In this document: piece after piece, positions 51,501-64,000 of the stretch | Position numbering within the stretch: position 1 is the stretch's first letter | Layout of the letters: every line of letters starts with the position of its first letter | From: Phoronis australis | Taxonomy: Eukaryota; Animalia; Phoronida | Length of the DNA: 64,000 nucleotides | Direction: 5' to 3' | NCBI GenBank assembly: GCA_002633005.1 | Contig: NMRA01000124.1 | Location: forward strand, 699,814-763,813 | The notes under the pieces: model-generated | Told to the model about the DNA's origin: nothing | Seen by the model: the letters and a program-made list of their open reading frames with translations, nothing else | The model's database searches: none | Program-made: the position numbers and the translations under genes

Positions 51501-54500
51501 ATTCCTCGCAAGACCAGGATATACAAGTTGGCTTGTCACAGCGTGTCATTTCATACAATGTTGCTCGCCTCTTAAAGAATGACGTATTTGAATGCTCCTA
51601 ACTATGCTAATGTACAGCAGGAACTAAATGACAATTGACATCATCTACGCTAAGCAAAGTGAACGTTGTTTTCAATGGCAACAAACAAAACAAAAAATAC
51701 TGCAAATAGGTGACCTTTGCACTAGTGACGTACATTGTGGGCTCACGTAGCCTGCATCATGCAGTGTTATTCCCCAACACCACGTCGCGATACTTACTGC
51801 ACACGGTTGAGTGATTCACTGCGGATCATTTTCGACACAAAACTCGTTCTTACAAAATTTGGCAACTTTCAACCTACTTTATATTCATGTTGTCACTATA
51901 TGTTGTGCTTCTAACTAGTTTGACCACAATCACAATTTGCACATCAAAAAACAACCCCTGCAAACAGTCAGTTTAGATAATAAGACTCATAATTACGCTT
52001 AAAGAAAATCATGGTACCTACCGGCTGATCTGCAGATTATTTTTGAGATGAACTAAGAAAAGAAGGGAATCACACCAAAATAACGCAGTATTGTGTTCAC
52101 AATTGACATTTAATAATCATCATCATAATATGCGAGTCAACCCTTGCAAAGTGTCAGGTGCTTTATATAGCAATAACCATCAGCAGACCACCACAAATTG
52201 ACACGGTATTGTGCTCACAATTAACTATAATAATTTTCCCGTAATTTGTGAGTCAACCCCAGCAAAGTGCCCATTGCTTTAAATAGCAATAGTCATGATT
52301 ATACTGCAAGAATAGCGTGGTAATTTGCAGCTGTGTAATACCAGTTTCATTAATTTTTCTGGTGTTCCAATAAGAGGAAGGAAATAGATCACGGCAAAGT
52401 CGTGCGGCATTGTCCAGCATTCGCACTTGACTAATGACTTCTGTGTAATTTGTGAGATAATTAGGAATGCTGAGACATAACGTTTGCTTTGGCGTATGAC
52501 TAGGCATGGTCTCACAGAATATCACATACAAGAGTTGAAACGACACAAGAGTCTTCGCGGCATTCACTGGTGACCCAGTTTTGTGATGGAACACAGGAAT
52601 ATTTAATGCGAGATATCCGTTTTACGTCCAAAAAACGCATTTTCAGGATATTTTCTGGACGGAATATTCATTTTGAAGCTATAAGCTTTGACCAGAACTA
52701 TATGAAACAATAAATCTGCTGCGCTTTGTGATTTTATTATAAATCACCTATTTTCGATGTTATCTGCCAGACTTTCCTTAAAATCAAGGCTGGTAACTAT
52801 ACTGCTTAAATACGCATAAAATACTGCCATTTAACGCGTGGGATTTGGCTCAGCGGCAACTGCTGCATACCTCATGGGTTCGACTCCAACTACTGCTAAA
52901 ATTACGTTTCTCACTAAGAACGTCCCACTGAATTCAGTTGTCACAAGATGCAGTACTGTAAAAAAATTTAAAGCCGTTGTTTCTTGTCGAAACGAGGTAA
53001 ACCATGGATTTGGGCACGATGTGAACTCGTAGTATGACTTCAAGTGCCAAAAACGAATAGACCTTAGAATATGAATAAGCATTGCATTCTTACAATTTGA
53101 CCAACATTGAAAAAACCTGAATGGAATAACAAACAAGTCCCGCGGGCATTGAGTGCATTGAATCAAAACTATAGGTCGTAAATTCGTTACCGCCTCTGTT
53201 GCTCCAGTCTATAGACTTCTCTGGAGGTCTTCCCCTGGAGTGCCTCCCGTCTCCGTGCATCATGGTCAGCACTCATTCTCGCAAAATCGCTTCGTCCAAC
53301 AATAGTAGAAGACTCAAACTCTTCCGTGATGTTGACGCTTTCCTCAAACTCCGGTTCTCCTGCTGAAAATGGTAACGACCCCAAAGCATGTAACACAACC
53401 GCTCACAAGATTTTCTCCGATTTTCAAAAAGATTTTATTTCGGTCAGCGTCAACAGAGGACTATTTGTGGCATTGACAACAAAACTAGTCGCCACAACTC
53501 ACTCGAAAATTTACCTACAAGCAATACATTTCTAAACCAGAACTCCACCAACACAAGAAACAAGAGCAACGCAGAATGTTCTTGATATTCGCCCACCGTG
53601 TGGATAGCATATTGCGCAGATACAGCTTCGCTCGTATTCAAGTACACAAAGAATTGAAACATGAAAACGTTTATCGTCGATTAAATATTGATCAAATATT
53701 TGATAAAATCTTTCATCTGGAGGAGTTCAGAAAAGTTCATAAGTATGAAATCAATGAAATACAGCAGACTGCTACGATCCCTTTTTTGTCGTGTTTTTTG
53801 ACACAAGCAAAGCAACTACCAGACAGAAGACATGGGAAGAATGAGGCATCTTAGCTTATCGACCACAATAGAAACCAGGTGGCGCTATCTGTCGTGTGCA
53901 TCAGGTTTTCAACATGGCGTGAAGCATTTATAGTATTTAATCCATGATGCACCCACATACTTATAAAAACACAAGTCTACGATTCAAACTCTCACTGTCA
54001 CACACCAGAATAGAGCACCTAATCATTGTATGACACTGAGTGGAGCTCACTTAATCACATACTGGATAATAGAAAATCCTGGTAATTGTCATGAAATGTC
54101 AAAGAAATTAACATTTCCCATTAAATCCATGCAAAAGAACCTCCACAATGTAATGATATGCTGTCAGACATTGCCAATAAAAATCAGTAAAATTGATTCT
54201 CACCCGCTTATCAGCAAGTGTTATTTCGTTCTTCTTTCTAAAAACTAACCAGCTAATTCTTGTGGAGAAATTTGACAACATAGCGGAATTTCACTAGTCG
54301 GCCATATTGTGTGCAAAATAACTGAAGAATTACTGTACATTAACAACTTCGACTTGAGCAAAATGTCTAAGTGCAATACAGAAAGCAAACTTTGTTAGAT
54401 AAACAGACAGTTCTTCAAACTCCTGTGTCGACTTACAACTAAGTGATAACAGCAAGAAGTTGCTCCACGCAGTCAATCATCACTGTACAAATGTGGACCA

Positions 54501-57500
54501 ATCCTGAGAGTGATATCAGGTCACATGGACCAAAGGCAATCATTGCTCGGCGGGGTCCATATAACCTGATATGGACCTGGGATCAGTCTTTATTATTTGT
54601 TTTATTACTCTGATTTTTTGTCTCTTATAAGGATTTGTAGCTTGCTGTTACCAGCTTTGATGTATTGACGTCTGCTCGCTTAGAAGTTTATGGTTTCTAC
54701 AGCGTTGGATTGGTCATATAGTTTATTGCTACATCTGACGACTGGGCAGCATGAACGAAAAGTGATATTCCATGGCCAGTTTGGTCAATACTACCGAATA
54801 ACAGAAGTTGTCCTACAGCGTTTCAGCCAATCAGAGGACACAAATATCAGTGGTCACATAATACTTTATTCAACTCTACCACCGACATATCCAAAGAGTG
54901 ACTTAACTATCTACCACAGAACTTAATATCATCAAGTTGCATAAATTGCATCAGTGGCCAAATGGATAATATACGACTGAATGTCTACTTTAGTTATAAC
55001 TTTTAGAAATGAAAACACAAACTCATAAATAAATGCATCAAGCTTCTTTATGGAAAAATTTTCTGCCATCAGTTCACAATTATGAACAGACGAAATCATA
55101 AATGTGGGTTCCGATAACAATCAAATTGTATGCTTCGAGTAATTACCTGCAGAGGCACACATGGTCACATCATGTGACATAATAATTTTGAGACCGAAAA
55201 CATTTCTGTTGCAGCCAAGGGGTTAAGGATGAAACCCGGGACCTTTTGTAATCCGTGAATACACAATACAACAGTCAGCGATAATTGTTCATATTATTAT
55301 TAAGCATGTACAATCGAATTGTACATGCTGAACAATTGAATTGTACATGCTGATCAATAATCACTCACAAGACTTGGAGTACAAAGTTCTATGCTCAAGC
55401 TTTATATGGGAGACCTTTACTGCCTTGTCAAGGGTGGGGAATCATAACAGGGATTTCAAAAAGAGCCCCACCAAGAAAAAGCCCTGCGAGAGCTGCAGGG
55501 GGGCTTTTTCAAAAATCCCTTGTATTTGCTCGAGAACTAACTGGTATAACGTACCCACTGAATTAATTATTGGGTTATCCATGATTCGTATTTTTCTTTC
55601 TGCAATTACTGGTTCACCATTCTCATTTCCAAGATCTTCAGGCAAGAGATGTAGGACGTGTCGCTCTTCGTCAACACTTCGTGGGAAATAAAGTGGCAGA
55701 CATCTTTGGTAGATTTCTTGTTCCTCATGAGAGACGACGAAGACTACAGTATCAACACTGTCTCCGTACTGTTCCAAGAATCGCCTAACGGTTCCTGAAG
55801 CCAGAATGAAATGCCAGTTAGTCACAAATAAGTTCAGGTAACTTCGAGAGTTCAAGAGTTTGTTTTAATTACAGAATAATGTTGCACTACACCTTTTCAT
55901 AGGATATAACAAAAATGCTCCAAGGTTCAAAAGGTCGCATTCTCTGAAACTTAATAAAACTTTGGAGCACCTTTTAAAATTTATGTGAATTCCTTCTTCC
56001 TAGCTTTATTGCCATTTCATGCAACATCTAAAATTGAAAACTGCAAGTTAAACAAATAAATATCCTGCATATAGCTGACAGGAAAAATGTATTGTCATAG
56101 GAAATTCACTAAATTCACATACACACACAAGTATATCAACACTATCTTGATACATTTGCCAGTATGGTATCCATCACTGATTCAGTTAGTCGTGATTTTT
56201 ACCACTGCAGACAACGTAGACATCGAGGGGTGTTTTGTAGAAAAGAAATACATTACAAAAAGCTTGGTTTGAGTTGAGATAAATATCAAGTAAAGTCTGT
56301 TGTTACCTACAGTTGTAAAGGTTTTACAAATCGCTCATTATTTATCTGTGCGCTGAATGTGAAAGTGATGATTTTTCTTATTAAAACAGAATTCGTTTAA
56401 AAATTCTAAACCATTTATTTATATGCATCTCTCCTCAGCGTTATGGCATTTCTAAACAAAAATTCTTCAGAAAACCACCTAATTACATACTAGGTTTTAC
56501 GTGTCGGTCTGAAAAAATGGATTGCCGGGTCAAGAAAAGCAAAGTTTTTCAAACTGGCAAATAAAGCCTAAAAATGCGGTGAGAAACTACAGTACATTCC
56601 AGAAAGAGTTTTCATCACTGGATATTTTTTCACTGCCAACAAACTAGAATCTTAACTGAGGTTTACAAACTATTACAGAAAATGCAGACCCAAGACAAAC
56701 GAGAATGTGATTATTAGAAGACTTGCCAAACTTGTGTATTGTTCACGTATTTACTAACCAAAGTTATGGAATAAACAAAATTGGTCAAATTAAATCAATT
56801 TCATGTTCTCATCATCAGTGTGATCATCTCTCTAATGTCTGCATACATTCAACATGCAGGCTTAGGTCCACACCTGGGACTCATCCAGGATTTGAAAAGT
56901 GGGGGTCCAAATTCGCGAAATTGACACTCACCATATGTGGGAATTCCAAGTGAGGTTAACCGGACATCACAGGATAGGGAGGTATTTTCCCAAAAAAACT
57001 CAGCTACCAGCGTTTGGTGATTGTCAATCTGTAGTAAAATAGATCACAATAACCTGTGATCTCGATTTATGTCAAAATACTTTTCGAACTAATTGTAGAA
57101 ACGCTAAATTTCTTTGTTTTTGTAAAACTTGTTTGGACACAGGCAGTCTTTAATCTCTCGTGGCTGTGCCGTCCAAGCTGTCAGTTTTAAAAATTGGACG
57201 ACGTCCAAGACAGTCACTAGATGAGTCCCTGGTCTACAGAGACCACTAATGCATACTCACGTATAGCTATGTGCGCCCCTTCGTCGATAGGATAGCCACG
57301 GTTTACTGAGTGGACACAGCTCAACGCCACGGAATGTAACTGGTTCTCACTGCAATAGAATTCATCAACGGAAAATATAATAACTTCAACTGGCCAATAG
57401 GAATGAGAACAGTAATTGATCAATAAAATGGAGTACGACAATAGGTCACGGATTTAACTCTCAGAATGACATGATGTAGGTAACAGTTAGTGCATGATGG

Positions 57501-60414
57501 TCATATTCATTAGGCGCAGCAAACATGTAATGTCCGCTCTTTGAACACACCGAGACCAAAAAGCAGATCATCACCATTGGGCCATCTGCAGGCTAAGCAT
57601 CCTTTATTTATACAGGTGAGACCATTGTCTCACTAATGCCACCTGGTGCCTTTCTATTCATCCATAAGGTCAAGATCAAACTATCGCCAACTTCAGACAG
57701 GAAAAAGGTAAGTTTGCATTGCTCAAATTTGCCGTATGAAAAATCCTCACCCAATTCAGAGGTATTCTGAGATTTTTCAAAATGGTGCTGTACGTGGCTT
57801 TAGCAATGAGCACTACACAATGGCAACATCCTGAAATACCACAGAACCACTCCAATTCTGTATTATTTACCCACAGTCCTGCACATAAAGAAGACACTTG
57901 TTAACTGGTGTGATCCTTATCACTATTATACAATATTATTCTAATGCCACTAAATTTTTACTGCAGTCAGCTGCAATGTTGACATAAAAATCGACAGGCT
58001 GAGTGGGTCGTGATGACTTGTTGTCTACACTTGCACAATTCAGCTAAAAAGTGTGTTAGCAACCTAAGCTTTCATGAAATAAATGTCACACGGAGCAGTT
58101 TTCTACTTACATGAAAGAGGAAAGATGAATTCGGGACATAGCTATCAATTTAACACTTTATGAAGAGACTCACCGCATTAGACGAAAGACGCTTCTGTAG
58201 CAATTGTAGAGGGCGCTCTCAGCCGCAGTTTTGTACTTGATATTATATCTAGGGCCTACTGTATGAATTACGTATCGAGAGGGAAGATCATAAGCCTTTG
58301 TAATTTTAGCATCACCCGTTTTACAGGCTGCAAGGAAAAGAAAACACAGCACTTAGAGAAAAACAAACAAGTAATGCATACGGGGTGTCTCAAAAAATGT
58401 ACTTGCACTTCCGTATAAATTCAAATCCTCAACATCCAGGCCTGTTGTATGGTTACACCTCAGTGTTAAAGTAGATGCTGTATGCACGACAAAGGAAAAC
58501 AACTCAATTTTGGAGTACAAAAAATTATCTCACAAGGATTCTGGAAACTTTTAGGCCACCCTGTGTTATGTAGGCATAAAAGGAATGATAAACCAATGTG
58601 TCATGTTATACAAAATGTAAAAATCACATTGTTTCGACAATTTTTCCTTGAAGGCTGACAGTACCGTGAAGCTAGAACACAATTACATAATTATCCACTG
58701 ACCTCTAACCTCTTGCCGTATTTCCTGTCGAAGCGAAGGTCCCGCACGTTTATAAAGCCACTCCGACACGGGGCTGCGATCACTGATCGACTCGTTGGTC
58801 ACGTGAACAATGGCTGTGGAGTTAATCTCAGTAATGTCTCCCTCCCTGGGAAACAAAAATAAAGCGCGGTGAGACAAAATGCCAAAATTTACCACAAGGA
58901 ATCACCAAATACTGTACCTCCATGCAATTAGGCCCAAGTGCCTCTATGACAAGCTGCACGTCTTTCTGGAATGGACAGTTCCGACACCACCATAGTTCGT
59001 GTTTTGACAATTAGTATAAAAAATATTTGACGTCTGCTAAATATGCTTTAACCAGCAACAGCCATTTTTTCCATCGATTTCCACTGCAACCGCAAATGCA
59101 ACATAAAACCATCTTTGCGCTTAACCAATGTTCACCCTGATTGGCTGGAGTTATTAGCTTGACTGGCATGTCGAAACTGTCCATTAGGTCCACACGCCAA
59201 GTTTTGAGGCGGAAATCTTAAGTTTCTATTTCAATACGGCACATAAATATTCCCAATTATGTATGATAAAAAACCATAGAGTGAAGGGGGTTAATTGAAT
59301 TCGAGGGAAAACTTCATTGTCACTATATTGATTATTTTTTGAAATTTATGACTTCGCCTTGACCTAATCCTATTTATACTAAAAAGGTTATTTTTCGGCA
59401 TTTAACTAATGAGATTTGATTTATTATTTGAAATGTATGGCTTCACCTTGACCTAATCTTATTTATATTAAAAAGGTTGATTTTCAGCATTTAACTAATG
59501 AGATTTGATTTATCGTTATTTGAAATATATGGCTTCACCCTGACCTAATCCTATTTATATTAAAAAGGTTAATTTTCGGCATTTAACAAATGAGAACACT
59601 AAGCAGATAGAACCAAGGTTTTTACATCCTTAAATAATAATTTGAAAAATGTCATAAATGATAGGCAGACCTCTTCACATTAACATGACACCTCACCCAC
59701 TACATGCTCAATAAACAGACAACCTACAGCAATGAATTACCAATTTAGGGCAGAGTACGGCAGAAAAGTGAAATTTTACATCCTGTTTTTGTTACTATTA
59801 CATGAACATGCTATTCAAATAGTTTTCATATTCGCAAAAGCTTATTAATGCCAGCGCAAATTGTACCTTTCTTTTTTTTCTAAATTTTAGTAAAGCCATG
59901 GCTACGAGAGCCAATCAACATCAGACTGGTAGAAATTCAAAAATCAAAATTCTACAGGTATTCTACTTTCAGAATATATAGATATATATACATATACATA
60001 TACATATATAACTTATTCCGAGATAAAATCTATGTTTTGTAGGTATTTGCCTGAATACATTCACTTGTAGATATGAGGTCCTACATCACCTCATATCACT
60101 TTTAATCAAACAAATCCGATTTCACCAACTGCCTGTAACAGTATGTTCGATTACTTGCTTAGTTTAGGTTCGAAATTAAATTGAATCTATTAACTAACTT
60201 TAACCAAAGGCTCTGTACCAAGTTCCCAAAGATGACCTCATAATAAATACAAGACGTACCACAGAACTATTTTTCTGTTGAGTTCGTCACTATAGGGAAA
60301 GGGTGATTGTATTACGCCATCAGCAACTCTGTCTTCATATGAAGGAACATTCTCTGCCCACGTTGCCAGGGTTGTGACATCACAGACAGACGACGTGCCA
60401 CCTAGCGGATCACC
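45574..60414 (-). CDS. GDAP2: Ganglioside-induced differentiation-associated protein 2 (macro domain plus CRAL-TRIO), 11 exons found, 5'-partial
   Basis: Exons 5'->3': 60260-60414, 58703-58845, 58174-58327, 57261-57349, 55555-55794, 53191-53362, 50229-50382, 47627-47766, 46930-46984, 46343-46486, 45574-45633 (1506 nt, phases compatible). GDPLG...SPFPY..ELNRKIVLWEGDI, CKTGDAKITKAYDLPSRYVIHTVGPRY..KYKTAAESALYNCY, RGYPIDEGAHIAIRTVRRFLE, YRKNLRAFYILHPTFW. Initiator exon not located. Confidence 0.93.
47338..47494. repeat. About 60-bp inverted repeat (probable Penelope-type inverted tail remnant)
   Basis: TAATGGATCAACTGAAATTTTCGGATATAATCACATC vs GATGTGGTTACATCCGAAAATTTCACTTGATCCATTA; preceded by hammerhead-like CTTGAAGGA...GCCGAAACGT. 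Confidence 0.7.
47951..48180 (+). mobile_element. tRNA-derived SINE with A-tail and 44-bp target duplication
   Basis: A-box-like GTGGCCTGGTT, B box GGGTTCGAGTCCC, 3' A8; flanked by 47907-47950 and 48181-48224 (43/44 identical). Confidence 0.85.
49821..49867. repeat. (CA)n microsatellite
   Basis: Interrupted CA run. Confidence 0.95.
50669..50912. mobile_element. hAT-like MITE, second copy
   Basis: Ends GGCTTGGAA / TTCCAAGACC; homologous to 44459-44698. Confidence 0.65.
51117..51509 (-). mobile_element. Truncated Penelope-like retroelement (GIY-YIG C-terminus, 3' UTR and inverted tail)
   Basis: Minus-strand peptide HSFSLEDVTILDREENWFRRGVKGAVYERIENPSLNRQGGLR typical of PLE endonuclease ends; 51111-51159 is inverted at 51425-51475; PLE-like tail CTGGATGACTGAAAATATTC; 20-nt direct repeats at 51097-51116 and 51510-51529. 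Confidence 0.85.
51160..51198 (-). ncRNA. Degenerate minimal hammerhead ribozyme of the Penelope fragment
   Basis: Minus strand reads CUGAUGA-A-GUCCUC-GAGAG-GAGGAC-GUAAC-UUA-GUC; the GAAA core is mutated to GUAA. Confidence 0.6.
52083..52291. repeat. Diverged ~119-bp tandem duplication
   Basis: GTATTGTG(T/C)TCACAATT...GAGTCAACCC..GCAAAGTG...ATAGCAATA occurs twice. Confidence 0.8.
58381..58563. mobile_element. Tc1/mariner-like MITE
   Basis: TA|CGGGGTGTCTCAAAAAA ... TTTTAGGCCACCCTG|TG, degenerate CAGGGTG TIRs. Confidence 0.55.
59331..59595. repeat. About 90-bp AT-rich tandem repeat, 3 copies
   Basis: TTGAAAT..ATG.CTTC.CC.TGACCTAATC.TATTTATA.TAAAAAGGTT..TTTTC.GCATTTAAC.AATGAGA repeated three times. 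Confidence 0.9.
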
Positions 60415-62345
60415 CTGAAATGAAACGTAAGAAAGTTGTCAAAACAATACCCACAGCATTAATTCAAGTTAACACGGGAAATTTTCCATAAGAAGCGACC
60501 ATTTTGCTTTTGGCTCGACATCGAATTAGCAGCAATAACAAAGAGCTGAAACAAGAGTTTGTTTCATATACTCTAACATGCAGAATTTTATCTGTAAATT
60601 TCATTGTAGTAGTTTGTTGAAGCTAGCAAAGTGTGGGTTAAATGAATTTAATAGCAATGTGCAGATTTTACCATTCAAGAAAATGGAATGTCCACGTATA
60701 ATGGGCGACAATGACATTTGTCAAGCAGGCTCATAAAGTTAGGAAAATGCATTTCAATTTTGTTTCATTGGAATCCCTGGTTATTCATCAAAACCATCTT
60801 TATGGGTTAAATGACCTCAGAGTCGGCTACAGAAAGATGTAAAATATTCTGCGCCACTGGTTTTATAGAAGTATTTTTCATTTAAAAGGTTATGCAGGAC
60901 CTTGCAAAAATGACACTTGGCCAACTTTTGAATATCCCATCTCAAACACTGCTGATCGGCTACAAATGTAACTTTCAGAAGCTATGCTTTATGCACAGTC
61001 CTCCAAAACGATGTTGGAAATTGATTTTAAAATGTTGTACTTTTGCATGAGAGGCTATCAGAAAATAGGACTTTTATGAAAACAACTCATAAGTAGCGTA
61101 AAACAAACTTATGATTTATAAAATTGAGCAGCATTTTTGAGATTTCATCTTGCACAATCGAATGAAATTTGGCTATGTTATTGATATCGGGATTTTCCAT
61201 AGATAAGGCCACTCGAAATGCCCATAAGCTTTTATTCGGAAAATTACGCTGAGTAAGCGTTTATTTGGTGTTACAACTTCTGGTGTGAAGTGTCCAAATA
61301 GTGGGGCATTTATAAAAAAAATTCCCTTAAAAGCCCACTCAGCCTCAACTTTTAATCACACATTCAGTTTTGTGGAGCATTTATCATTTATAAAAATGAA
61401 CAAAGTGTTGGAGAACTATGCATTTATTAATATCAAATAAATAAAAAATGTCAAAGTCAGGAAACCTCATCTAGGCTTACGTTTCCGTTTACATGCCACC
61501 CCCCCTTTCCGAATAAACGACCAAGCTTTTATTTGGTTATTTAGTGTTACTAAAACGCCTGAAAATTTTCATTTTTTGAATACACGCCAATGGGTTTATC
61601 TACGGAAATACCGGTACCACTATTTTGCTATGAAAGTACCTTTTTCGTTAAAGTTTACTGAAGACACAGACAAGTGACCCAATTAATCGCAGATTGTTAC
61701 AAAGTCAACAATCAAAATCCAAGGGCTTCAAACAAATACACATTAGATTTAGAGAACTTAGTTGAGTCCCCATTTGTGACTGTTTCATGCAACCCTGGCA
61801 CTTATTACACAAAGCTCTGACACAACCTTCACAGTGGGGTGTGATTTTCCTAATGCTAATTCAGGGGCCTCATTTTACTGAGAATTCAAAGCACCTATCA
61901 ACCCACACTCCATCACAGAAACTAACATTTGGGTTTGACCACTTAAGTGCCGTTTACACTACAAAAGTCGACACGGATCAGCTGACACGGAACGAGTTGT
62001 TCCAGCACAAGTATTGTGTGTAAACTGGATTGAACTGCAGCAAGTTGACACCGCAGTTACAACTTTTGCCACCCGTTTGAGAGGTAGAGCAATGTGCACT
62101 AGAACATCTTGCACCGTGTCAATTATGTGTCTAAACGCGAAACTGAGGCAAGGTGGAAAGGATCATCTCTACTGCGCTTGTGTAATGACCTAAATACAGG
62201 TTCTCTCTCTCTTCAACTCCCGTCATTTGTAAACCTGCGCATGTGTGATCCATTCTCCAGCCTACAATTTCAGTCTTGCCAAAGTTAGTGAGTTGTGTGA
62301 GTCGTGTAAACAAATGCTCGACACCGATCAATTTGCAGTTGCGCT

Positions 62346-62396
62346 CCCCCCCCCCCCCCCCCCCNNNNNNNNNNNNNNNNNCCCCCCCCCCCCCCC
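62346..62396. other. Poly-C tract with assembly gap (17 N, 62365-62381)
   Basis: N run embedded in a homopolymer. Confidence 0.98.
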
Positions 62397-64000
62397 GCCA
62401 AAAGTTGATGTCTAAACGGGACTTCAGAGTAGACTATAAAACTGATCTCCCCATGTTTCTAATTCAGATGAAAAAAATGGTTCAGGAACAAAAGTTGATT
62501 ATCATAAACTGACATTTATGAAACACAGACACGAGACAGCATTGTGGGTTGACAAGCAACTACTAAATTAAACCTAACAATTCATTTTCACCGACTCTCA
62601 TAACAAGGCCATACAACATGTAACCCTTCGATATATGTTTACCAACAAACATTTACTTTTACAAGAATGACAACAACTACCCCAGCATAATACAACATTT
62701 GTCTGATCATGGTCTTTCAACCCCAGCAGAAGAGCATTTCAAACAAAACTAATAAGCTGTTCATCAATATCTGGGCATTTACAAAATTGTCTAAATATTT
62801 ATTCTGCTTTCATTTGTAACTTGATGCAGTACCCTGGAGAACAGTTGGATAATTAGATCAACATGAGGGTGGCTTTATTTTATAACATGTCAGACACTCG
62901 CTTCAAGACGAGACCACACACCGGCCCTGTATCGGTGATACAGTTGAGGAAAAATAGACTCTCGAATTCAGAAAACAAACTACACAATCCAACTGAGGGG
63001 ATGACTTTTCATGTCCATAAATGACAGTTGCTGCAAGGCCTAGTGCAAACAAAGAGCTACGTGTAAAGCAAGATAGCTCAGCTCCCAGCTTATGTCTGTA
63101 GCAAAATGAACCATGAGGATTTCTCCTCGTGAAGCGGCAATCTCACTTGGTAGCTTTCTTATACCGTGTGCACGTAAATCCTCACAGGATGCAAGCGACA
63201 TGAGATAAGTTCTCCGGCGATTGCCTTCGATAACCAATGAAAATTAATTATTGCATCACCTGATATCAAATCTCTCTTTTGTTAGCTTATTCTAATTGTA
63301 CGTGCAACATTTATGATGTTTAATACAAATGCAACAGGTCACCAAGCATTTTGCTCCATGTATGCTGTGACCACAATCGAGCTAATACTTGGCTATAGAT
63401 CATCTGTGGATGACAACTCAGCTCCCTTGTGCTGTGCCAAAGGGAAAAGAAAGGTGTCTTTAACAACTGTCAGAGCATCTATGTGTGCTCGCTAAATACC
63501 ACCTGGCCAATTTCCAGGTACCCCTGAAACGAGAACTCTGGTCCCCAAACCTTGTTGACAAAAGCAAAGTGAAAGCCATCAAACGTCGCCCAGGTGGCAT
63601 TTTTTTTCTCAATCAGATAATTAGGAGTGTCTCCGTATTTGGCAATGACCTATTTTCCCATCCTGAGCCCAATATCATGCACACACTGGCAGGCTCGCCC
63701 CCTGAGACAGACAAACGCAACCATGTCATCTTTCAATTTCAGTCAAACGATTCTGACTTGCACGTGTTTACTTCCTGTAGTATTTTGAGTGCATGCTTCA
63801 ATGTGACTTGGCAACTTCATGGTGACCTGGGATTTTTACCAGATCGCCAAACAATGCATGAGGTTGCCTTGACAACCAGCAGGCCGCCAAGTCAAACTCT
63901 GAACTACATACTAGATTCATTTTGACAGATTTTATAATTGAGGCATAAAGGTACTCTGAAATGTAAGTACCTTGAAAAGAAAGAAGTTGTATAATTTTTA

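Noticed and set aside
62276-62512. Poly-Pro ORF
   Set aside because: Artefact of a poly-C tract spanning an assembly gap.

Overview
Intron-rich genomic DNA of a bilaterian invertebrate, not prokaryotic; the species cannot be determined from the sequence. By manual splice-phase reconstruction it holds three genes. USP47 (minus strand, 28 coding exons, 8242-37692, about 1437 aa, one GC-AG intron) is complete. RPL10A/uL1 (plus, 5 exons, 37837-42698, 216 aa) is complete and head-to-head with USP47, with only 144 nt between the start codons. GDAP2 (minus, 11 exons, 45574-60414) is 5'-partial: its start exon was not found. Probable first exon(s) of an unidentified minus-strand gene lie at 3.2-4.5 kb. 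The RPL10A introns are the most interesting part: a C/D snoRNA candidate, two collinear ~133-nt orphan RNA candidates, an H/ACA-like structured segment, and an alternative GTAAGT donor beside a 40-nt hairpin, resembling L10ARE-type AS-NMD autoregulation. The encoded uL1 also has SMT in place of the conserved (T/S)MG RNA-binding triad. Introns contain MITEs, tRNA-derived SINEs (one with a 44-bp target duplication), a Penelope fragment with a decayed hammerhead, minisatellites and a Helentron-type element with about 8 co-oriented CTCF-like motifs. All identifications are by eye and recalled homology; no searches were run.
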